The notes below the pieces were generated by a model, which was not told the origin of the DNA, did no database searches, and was given only the letters and a program-made list of their open reading frames with translations. Positions 57,166-64,000 of a stretch of 64,000 nt of DNA are shown piece after piece (position 1 is the stretch's first letter; every line of letters starts with the position of its first letter). A program made the position numbers and the translations under genes. This stretch comes from Chlamydiota bacterium (lineage in GTDB: Bacteria; Chlamydiota; Chlamydiia; Chlamydiales; RGXB01): NCBI GenBank assembly GCA_947494155.1, contig CANLTW010000001.1, positions 32,001-96,000 on the forward strand, read 5' to 3'.

Positions 57166-59667
57166 TCAGGGGGTTTTTACCTTATAGAGAATATAGGGCT
57201 TTGAGATCCCCTGAAACCTGCGCTCCCCCTCACATTCGACCTCAATCTGCCCGACAATGTTATCATAGATATTAGTAGTGATCCAAATTTCGCCCCCTTT
57301 TGCCTCATCGCAAACCCTGGAAGTAATATTCACACTAGACCCAATTACAGTAAACTCGCTGTGCTCCTCTGAGCCCATAATCCCCTCAGTGACTTTGGCA
57401 TAGTGGATGCCAATACCAGCCTCCAAAGCAACCTTGTTCTCTGTTTTTCTTTGCTCATTCAGTACAAGTATGTGTTTCTGAATTTCGATTGCAGCCCTTA
57501 CCGCATTTAATGGACCCTGTGGATTTTCCTCGGGGACTCCCCAAAGAGCTAATACAGCATCCCCCTCGAATTTATCGATAATCCCCCCATGATTTTTTAT
57601 TATACTAACGATGTTGTTGAAATAGGTATTTAGCATCAAAACCATCTGATTAGCCGGCATACTTTCTGTAAGCTCTGTAAATTTTCTGAAGTCTAAAAAG
57701 AAAATGGTCGCAAGTACCTGTTTACCGTGCAAAGAGGCGGCATCCGATAAAATTTTTTCGGCTATTTCAGGCGCTAAAAACTTATTTAAAACACTTCTGG
57801 AACGCTCTCCATCTCTCATCCGTTTGAGCATGGCCTCAAAGTTTGCAAACAATGTTTTAAGCTCATCCGGTTGATTACTGTACTCCTCCTTAAGAGGAAA
57901 ATCGGTCTCTTTACCACTTCCAACCGACTGTACTGCCTCTGCCAAAGTAGTTATGGGCTTTAATACAGAACGCAACAGGTACCAAAGTAAAAAGATGATT
58001 GCTGTGGTGAGTACGATTCCAAAGGCGTAGATCTCTTCGGTCAAAGATCTCAATAGGCTCTTAATATCCCTGGCCAAATTTTGCAAAATTTCTATTTCGC
58101 TGATGCGTAATTTGAATACAAAAAGATCCATATCCATATCTTCATAGGGCTGTATACGGAAAAAAATGTACTCATTCCCTAAAGCATCTCTAGTGACCCC
58201 ATGGGTTACTTTTTTCATTCTCTCTAAAATTTCCTTAGAGAGGACGATCTTGTCTTCGATCGACCCATCGGGCCTGTAGGCTTTAAGTACGGAGTCGTTC
58301 ACCACTAAAAATGTTGATTCTTGAGTGGCAACAGCCACTTTTTGCAGGAATTTGGATGCATCGATACCCAGCATGATAGAACCGAATCGCGTCTTATTCG
58401 TTTTGGGATCCAAGTAATTTAATTGCAACCGGTTTCCAATGTACATCCTGCTATCAGCATCATGGTAGATAATCCCCACTCCGCCATTCAGCTTTTCCAA
58501 ATCATTATCAAAACCGCCACTTATACCTGTAGGATCGAAAAGCTTAAAAGGTATATCGGGGGAGATCTCCTCCCAAATAAACCCTAAACCTTTAGGGTGG
58601 TTCCCTTGTGTTCTGGCAAAACCGTCTGGAGCTTTCGATGCATCCGGGTCATACCCGAAAATACCTGACAAAAATATCGCGCTGAATTCCCAAATGAAGC
58701 GATGTAGATCCCAATTTCTACTCATCTCTTCATACCGAACCGGGATAATTTCCTGGTTATCTAGGGAATCTTCGGAAATCGTTTCTAATTTTTCGTAAAT
58801 GCTCTCTCCATCCCTGATCTGCTTTTTTAATGGATCAAGCTTAGTTTTTAGCCAATCCTGTGCCTGCGGTGAATCTAGCGCTTCATACAGCTGTTTTGCT
58901 TCAGGGGTCAAAAGATTATTATGAACTTTTTCAATACTGCTGATAAGTGCTTTTGAGATGGCCTGAAATGCAGGGTCATTTTTGACCCAAACGCTGATCT
59001 GAAGAGGTTTAATGGGATTCCCTTCTACTGTTGCTTTTAGGTTTGAGGGATCTAGATTTAAAATATCTTTGGGGTTGAAAAGAATCCAAAAGGCGAAACC
59101 CTCAGGTTGATCCTTCAGGCCCGATATGTCGAAAGGGGTGTAATCTACTAAAGGGCCCATCCATACCGGAATACCAATGTACGGGCCGATCAAATTGCCT
59201 TTAGCGTCATACTTGGCAAAAATCTCCACCCCGGGTGCACCCTCAAAATGCCAAAAACCACTCGCATAGGGTGGCTCTAAAGCATACAGAGCCGTGACAT
59301 TCCCCTCGTTTTCGACTTGAATAAACTCTACCCAAGGATCTATTAAAAGAGCTGATGCTGCAGAAAACCAGTTCCCCTTTTCAGCATTTTCAGGTGTAGG
59401 AAGAAACTGACTTTTTACGTATTCATACTGGTTGATTTTCATCAACAGCATATTTGTTCTTACTTGCGTATCTGAAAGAACAGAGCGCAGATAGCGCTCA
59501 AGATTCTCCCTTTTCTCCTCATATTGTCGGATAATCTCTTCTTCGACATTCTTTTCCGCTTTATTCAGCTGTTTTGAGATGGTGATTTGCTGGATGGAAA
59601 TATAAAGAATAAATCCAAGCACAAAAACAATACTGACTAAAGAGAGAATTTTGACACGTAAACGCAT
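57166..59667 (-). CDS. Membrane class III adenylate/guanylate cyclase with HAMP and large extracytoplasmic domain
   Basis: TM - about 500-aa loop - TM - HAMP ('LKPITTLAEAV', 'DELKTL..NFEAM'); catalytic 'FLDFRKFT', 'KFEGDAV', 'GIGIH', 'VIGSSVNITSR'. Confidence 0.92.
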   Translation of the reverse strand: MRLRVKILSLVSIVFVLGFILYISIQQITISKQLNKAEKNVEEEIIRQYEEKRENLERYLRSVLSDTQVRTNMLLMKINQYEYVKSQFLPTPENAEKGNWFSAASALLIDPWVEFIQVENEGNVTALYALEPPYASGFWHFEGAPGVEIFAKYDAKGNLIGPYIGIPVWMGPLVDYTPFDISGLKDQPEGFAFWILFNPKDILNLDPSNLKATVEGNPIKPLQISVWVKNDPAFQAISKALISSIEKVHNNLLTPEAKQLYEALDSPQAQDWLKTKLDPLKKQIRDGESIYEKLETISEDSLDNQEIIPVRYEEMSRNWDLHRFIWEFSAIFLSGIFGYDPDASKAPDGFARTQGNHPKGLGFIWEEISPDIPFKLFDPTGISGGFDNDLEKLNGGVGIIYHDADSRMYIGNRLQLNYLDPKTNKTRFGSIMLGIDASKFLQKVAVATQESTFLVVNDSVLKAYRPDGSIEDKIVLSKEILERMKKVTHGVTRDALGNEYIFFRIQPYEDMDMDLFVFKLRISEIEILQNLARDIKSLLRSLTEEIYAFGIVLTTAIIFLLWYLLRSVLKPITTLAEAVQSVGSGKETDFPLKEEYSNQPDELKTLFANFEAMLKRMRDGERSRSVLNKFLAPEIAEKILSDAASLHGKQVLATIFFLDFRKFTELTESMPANQMVLMLNTYFNNIVSIIKNHGGIIDKFEGDAVLALWGVPEENPQGPLNAVRAAIEIQKHILVLNEQRKTENKVALEAGIGIHYAKVTEGIMGSEEHSEFTVIGSSVNITSRVCDEAKGGEIWITTNIYDNIVGQIEVECEGERRFQGISKPYILYKVKTP

Positions 59668-59726
59668 GACTTACATTTAACAAAATCCCCCTTAAGGTAA
59701 AACACCTTTTTAAAGTGCTTAAGTTT

Positions 59727-60689
59727 TCAAAAGAAAGAATCCTCTCCCGTGAGGATTTCAGAACCAGTTTCTGTGACTAAAACCATACTCTCATACCTTG
59801 CCCCGTCTTGTTGGGGTCGATAGAGACCGGGCTCTACAGTGATAACCATCCCGGGCTCTAAAATTTTTTCTTTATCGGTTTTATAAAAAGGCCTTTCATG
59901 CACTTCTAAACCGATACCATGGCCCAAAGAGTGGTCTTTGAGAGGGATAATTGTTTTGACAAGTTGATCCAACTCTTTTAAAGCTATACCCGGTTTAATC
60001 GCATAGATCACCTGATCGTGAGCCTCTTTGACCTGTTCTATAAGTGAGCTATGTATCGTTCTTGTCATGTCCCCCATGTAGTAATCTTTTTTCACCCCCA
60101 GATCGACTAAAACGGTCTCTTTAGATTGATACTTGCGCTTGGTAGGTCTGTGGTGCACATGTGCACTATTGGATCCAAAAGCAATGATAGGGGCAAACGA
60201 GGGTGATCGGACCAGTTCTGCCAGCTCCTCCTCGGTTATCCCCTCTTTCAGAGATTCCAAGACTAGCCGCATCGTTGCAGCGGTAAGATCGGCTGCTTGT
60301 CTCAAAAGCTTTATTTCCTGAGCATCTTTTATGATACGCAACTCTTCAACCACCATTTTGGACAAAAACTCTACGTTTGGATAGGCCTGGCTGAATTCCA
60401 AATACTGGCCGTAACTGACGTTTTCCCCCTCAATCACAACCTTTGCATAGTCTTTGAACCGTTCATGAAGTGGCTTATCACTTACTTTGTACCCTTTTTC
60501 CTCTGCATCAGTGGTGTAACGAAGGTCTAAGTACAAAGTAAACAAACCTTGCTCGACAACAAGCATCCCTACTGAAACATCCAACCCCAAAAGGTAGAAA
60601 AGATTAATAGGTTTTGTAACTACAAAGCAATCGATGTGGTATTCTTGTAACTTTTTTTGCAATTTTTCTAGTCTTTGCACGAAAAACAC
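59727..60689 (-). CDS. pepP: Xaa-Pro aminopeptidase (M24B)
   Basis: 'LRIIKDAQEI', 'VDLG', 'GDMTRT', 'HSLGHGIGLEVHE', 'TVEPGLY', 'GARYE'. Confidence 0.93.
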   Translation of the reverse strand: MFFVQRLEKLQKKLQEYHIDCFVVTKPINLFYLLGLDVSVGMLVVEQGLFTLYLDLRYTTDAEEKGYKVSDKPLHERFKDYAKVVIEGENVSYGQYLEFSQAYPNVEFLSKMVVEELRIIKDAQEIKLLRQAADLTAATMRLVLESLKEGITEEELAELVRSPSFAPIIAFGSNSAHVHHRPTKRKYQSKETVLVDLGVKKDYYMGDMTRTIHSSLIEQVKEAHDQVIYAIKPGIALKELDQLVKTIIPLKDHSLGHGIGLEVHERPFYKTDKEKILEPGMVITVEPGLYRPQQDGARYESMVLVTETGSEILTGEDSFF

Positions 60690-62482
60690 CTGGATAAATG
60701 GTTCCTTTCCAAGAAAATAAAGACTTTCTTGGAAAAATCTTTTTTGGTTTCCAAAAGCTCTTTAAAGGCCTGTGTTGCCAAAAGGATATCTTTTTTAAGA
60801 TACCCCTTACGAAATTTTGGAAGTATCTTTTCCAGCATCATCTCTTGAGTCCGCTCAGGATTTTGTAAAATTTCCAAAACAATCTCGTTCAGCTTTTCAG
60901 GATCAATACAGGGTGCTAGACCCTCTATCGATAGAGACATTTTGGACAGGAAACGGGCCTCAATTCCATAGTTTCTCAACAGTTCCAATACCCTCTCCTC
61001 ATCTTGATCAAAAGTCGATTCCAAGCGTAAGCTGCGACTAACGCACTCTGTTTGAATCGATGCATCCATGCGATACATTTGCTCTTTAGCTAAAAAATCC
61101 TCAAGAGCATCCAAATCGACAAGAGCCGTTTTCTCCTCCCATTTAGCAATCAAAAAACCGTCGATAATTAAGATCCCCACAACCTCAATCAAAAAAGATT
61201 GTCGTAAAAGCACCCCCTTTTCGCCAAAAGCGCAACCCTTTTTAAACCCCAAAGCATCTCTAGTCTCCAGCTTTTCTATTGTCTCATTTTTTACCAGACT
61301 CCAGTCGGGGGAAAAAAAGGGGGAAATCGAATGCTCTCTTGGGGAAGTCGAATGCTCTCTTGGGGAAGTCGAATGCTCTCTTGGGGAAATCGAATGCTCT
61401 TCGATAGAAAAGTCCCCCTTTCTTTTTTCCAGAGGATACTCATACCCATCCCAGCTATGTATTATATGTGCCAAAGAGGACCCACCTTGCTGTGCAAGCA
61501 ATGCCCTGTCTATCGCCTTTTGGACAATCCTAAACCAGCTTTTCTCCTCCTTAAGTCGCACTAAACTTTTTTGCGGATGGACATTCACATCCACCAAATC
61601 GAACGGAATATCTAAAAAAAGAATCAATGCGGGATGGGTTTTAGGGGGGAAATGTCTCTGATAAGCCTCAAAAGCAGCCATCTGGATTAAAGGGTTTGAG
61701 GCGGTTCTTTGATTTATAAAAAAATATTGCTGCGCCCTCGTTTTTTGCCCCTCTTGAGAAAGACTTATCAACCCATAACATCTTACCGAGTCCTCTTGAA
61801 ATTCAAATAGCTGCATTTTTTTTATCCAAGAGGTGCCAAAAAGGGTTTCAGCTCTCTCTTGAAGAGTTTGTTCAGCCGGGCAATCTAATTCTATTTTTTT
61901 ATCGATTGTGTAACTAAATCGCACTTTGGGATTACAAAGGGCTATTTTCTGCACCATTTTTGTGATCTCCATTGTGGCCCCCTTTACCGTTTTTTGAAAC
62001 TCCAAACGGGCAGGCACATTATGAAAAAGGGAATAAATTTCAAATGTCGTTCCTGGTTCTCTGTGACAAGGTGCAGAATCTAAGAGCTTACCAGCTTTTA
62101 CTTCGACTTTTGTCGCCTCCTGCAAATCTTGCGGTGCCGTTTTCATTAAAACATGACTAATACTGGCGATAGAAGAAAGCGCCTCCCCTCTAAAACCTAA
62201 AGTTTGGATCCCCTTCAGATCCTCTTTTTTTTGGATTTTACTGGTAGCATGCCTTTCAAAACAAAGCAGAGCGTCCTCTTTAAGCATGCCGATACCGTTG
62301 TCCATTATTTTAATGAACTCAAATCCACCCCCTTTAATGTCGATATGGATAGAGCTGCTTTGGGCATCAATAGAGTTTTCCACGAGCTCTTTTATGCAGC
62401 TGGAGGGATTTTCCACCACCTCGCCTGCGGCTATTAGATTAATTAGGTGCTCTTCTAAAAGATGGATAGATCTACGTTGCAT
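60668..62482 (-). CDS. mutL: DNA mismatch repair protein MutL
   Basis: IAAGEVVE, KELVENSIDA, DNGIGM, HATSK, TLGFRGEALSSI, VDVNVHPQK. Confidence 0.97.
   Translation of the reverse strand: MQRRSIHLLEEHLINLIAAGEVVENPSSCIKELVENSIDAQSSSIHIDIKGGGFEFIKIMDNGIGMLKEDALLCFERHATSKIQKKEDLKGIQTLGFRGEALSSIASISHVLMKTAPQDLQEATKVEVKAGKLLDSAPCHREPGTTFEIYSLFHNVPARLEFQKTVKGATMEITKMVQKIALCNPKVRFSYTIDKKIELDCPAEQTLQERAETLFGTSWIKKMQLFEFQEDSVRCYGLISLSQEGQKTRAQQYFFINQRTASNPLIQMAAFEAYQRHFPPKTHPALILFLDIPFDLVDVNVHPQKSLVRLKEEKSWFRIVQKAIDRALLAQQGGSSLAHIIHSWDGYEYPLEKRKGDFSIEEHSISPREHSTSPREHSTSPREHSISPFFSPDWSLVKNETIEKLETRDALGFKKGCAFGEKGVLLRQSFLIEVVGILIIDGFLIAKWEEKTALVDLDALEDFLAKEQMYRMDASIQTECVSRSLRLESTFDQDEERVLELLRNYGIEARFLSKMSLSIEGLAPCIDPEKLNEIVLEILQNPERTQEMMLEKILPKFRKGYLKKDILLATQAFKELLETKKDFSKKVFIFLERNHLSRCFSCKD
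61320..61400. repeat. In-frame 21-bp tandem repeat (about 3.9 copies) in the mutL linker
   Basis: Unit GGGGAA(A/G)TCGAATGCTCTCTT; encodes EHS(I/T)SPR on the minus strand. Confidence 0.95.
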
Positions 62483-62584
62483 GATTTCGATCGTAGCAAA
62501 ATCAAAGAAAAAAAGGGATTGGAAGGTTATTCTTTGAAAAAAAAGATCCGAACCATAATTCTATCATGTAAGCCATGATAGGTG

Positions 62585-62726
62585 CTTTATGGCCCGGATG
62601 GTTAAAGAAAAAACCCGCTAATGACTAGGAGTCGTGCTTTAGTGCCCCAGCCTAAACCAAAGACACCCAGCTCAATCCTAATAGGCCAAATAACCACTTG
62701 GTCCCTTCTTTAACCAACATATAAAG
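62585..62726 (-). ncRNA. Putative structured non-coding RNA (long imperfect rod; 6S-like shape)
   Basis: Minus strand TGGTTAAAGAAGGGACC pairs with GGTTTTTTCTTTAACCA (17 bp with G-U); inner TAGGA/TCCTA and CTTTGGT/ACTAAAG stems; no ORF in the interval. Confidence 0.5.
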
Positions 62727-62766
62727 TTTTTGATAATTTTTGTTAAGAAAAAAAACTGTTTTTTTT

Positions 62767-63606
62767 ATGATTAGGATTCTATCCAGCCTTGCCACCTTAG
62801 CCTCAGTAGGCTACGGAGCTTATTACCTCTCTCAACAACATCCTGAAGTAAAAACTAAGGTGATGGATATTATCTATTCGGGCAATTTTCATACGCTCGA
62901 AGCAAGACTTAGTGCCAAACAGATCATGGAGGCTAACAAGCGTAAGCTTCTTAAGGACGACAGGCACCATTTCCTAGAACCGGCAACCCTATTTACCCCG
63001 TATCTTTTGCTAGAGATCAAGTATACCAAACCAGATCACACCACTGGGGAGGGGATGATTTTATGGGACCTTATTGATGGGGAGATGGTAATGAATACCC
63101 AAGGATGGGATAAAACCCATGGGTATGCCGACTGCATTAAAGCCCGTCTAACCAAAAATGAGTTCAAGGTGATCAATCTTTTAGCAGAACGGGGTGGGGC
63201 TTTAGACCGGGGGGCTCTAGCCAGGCTTCTATCCGCAGAGAACGAAACTTTAGATAAAGTGATTGAGGCCTGTAGACGGAAAAAACTGATTGTTTTGACC
63301 GGCAACCAGTATCGACTCCATCTAAAAAGCCCTAAAATTAGCGTGATCCCAGAGACCTCGATTGACGATCACCTAGTGACAAAATCATTAAAAAATGCCG
63401 AGAGACTCTCTCAAAGATTTTCGGAATGGCAGATAAGACAATTAGCAGAATCGACCTTTGGTTCCGATTTTGCGATTCGTAGCACCCTGAATGTCTATCT
63501 CCCTATCTATAACATTACAGTAGGAAACCCGGACGGAACCTTCCATACCTCTTACTGGAACGCCATAAGCGGTAAAGAAATCCCCTTTTCCTCAATGATT
63601 GAGTAA
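62767..63606 (+). CDS. Hypothetical protein with N-terminal membrane anchor
   Basis: N-terminal hydrophobic segment; helix-turn-helix-like 'EFKVINLLAERGGALDRGALARLL'; function unknown. Confidence 0.75.
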   Translation: MIRILSSLATLASVGYGAYYLSQQHPEVKTKVMDIIYSGNFHTLEARLSAKQIMEANKRKLLKDDRHHFLEPATLFTPYLLLEIKYTKPDHTTGEGMILWDLIDGEMVMNTQGWDKTHGYADCIKARLTKNEFKVINLLAERGGALDRGALARLLSAENETLDKVIEACRRKKLIVLTGNQYRLHLKSPKISVIPETSIDDHLVTKSLKNAERLSQRFSEWQIRQLAESTFGSDFAIRSTLNVYLPIYNITVGNPDGTFHTSYWNAISGKEIPFSSMIE

Positions 63607-63695
63607 AAGCCCTTAGTACAGGTTATCGCTAAGAGAAAAAGACCTTGTATTTAACCCTTTAGATCCCTTAACATTTAGAGACTTTATTCTTTTTT

Positions 63696-63782
63696 GGAGA
63701 GATGGCCGAGTGGTCGAAGGCGCGTCCCTGCTAAGGACGTATACCCGTGAGGGTATCGAGGGTTCGAATCCCTCTCTCTCCG
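63696..63782 (+). tRNA. tRNA-Ser (GCU)
   Basis: GGAGAGATGGCCGAGTGGTCGAAGG...CGTCC-CT-GCT-AA-GGACG, long variable arm, GGTTCGAATCC...CTCTCCG. Confidence 0.97.
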
Positions 63783-63873
63783 CTCTTGTTAACCTCCTCA
63801 TCCTCACCTTTTAGCACTTTTCCCTTTTCGTAAAAAAAATTATTTTGCTATATAGAAGGAAAAAGGACTTTGT

Positions 63874-64000
63874 ATGAAAATTCAAAAAAACCAACCTTCC
63901 AATCCGCATGCCTACCTTGGTAGCAAACCCTCCCTTTTAGACAAACAAATCCAAAAAATTTCACGAAACTGTATTAAACCCTCCAAATCAACATCGGCAT
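63874..64000 (+). CDS. 5' end of a hypothetical protein running off the window
   Basis: AAGGA SD-like motif, ATG at 63874, frame open to the window end (MKIQKNQPSNPHAYLGSKPS...). Confidence 0.45.
   Translation, partial: MKIQKNQPSNPHAYLGSKPSLLDKQIQKISRNCIKPSKSTSA

Noticed and set aside
61320..61400. Repeat as a possible CRISPR array
   Set aside because: Units are contiguous with no spacers, in frame within mutL, and no cas genes are present
61068..61661. 197-aa plus-strand ORF with GEVECSL repeats
   Set aside because: Antisense shadow of mutL and its 21-bp repeat; no independent evidence
21031..63782. All four tRNA genes lack an encoded CCA
   Set aside because: Common in bacteria that add CCA enzymatically; not unusual
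63613..63807. 64-aa minus-strand ORF
   Set aside because: Antisense to tRNA-Ser

Overview
Gene-dense 64 kb of a bacterial chromosome from the phylum Chlamydiae, most likely an environmental (non-Chlamydiaceae) lineage. The assignment is an inference from the sctJ-K-L-R-S-T type III secretion cluster, the large chlamydial-type PBP2, the eukaryote-type UDP-GlcNAc pyrophosphorylase next to gpsA, and the mcsAB-frr-pyrH-tsf-rpsB-pbp2, mnmE-nth-psd-secA and pepP-mutL gene orders. Most of the window is core genes: phosphate uptake, glycogen (glgP, glgC), sufBCDS, kdsB, translation factors, 4 tRNAs, ruvCA, secA, lpdA/lipA and mutL. Accessory-looking genes include four Legionella-MOMP-like (Lpg1974-type) beta-barrels, an IspD-SDR fusion, EamA, a flotillin, a PP2C-fold protein lacking its catalytic Asp residues, an OPT transporter inside a pseudopilin cluster, an orphan histidine kinase and a membrane class III cyclase. 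The best candidate for a new system is 41.7-45.6 kb: an apparently exported prolyl 4-hydroxylase next to an exported protein with an extensin-like Ser/Pro linker joining a degenerate histidine-phosphatase domain to a GH64 beta-1,3-glucanase-like domain, followed by a porin. Also notable are a long structured non-coding element upstream of mutL, a degenerate McsB, repeated leaderless-type promoter geometry and a 21-bp tandem repeat in mutL. No CRISPR array, transposase, integrase or rRNA was seen. All family calls come from motif recognition by eye; no database search was run.
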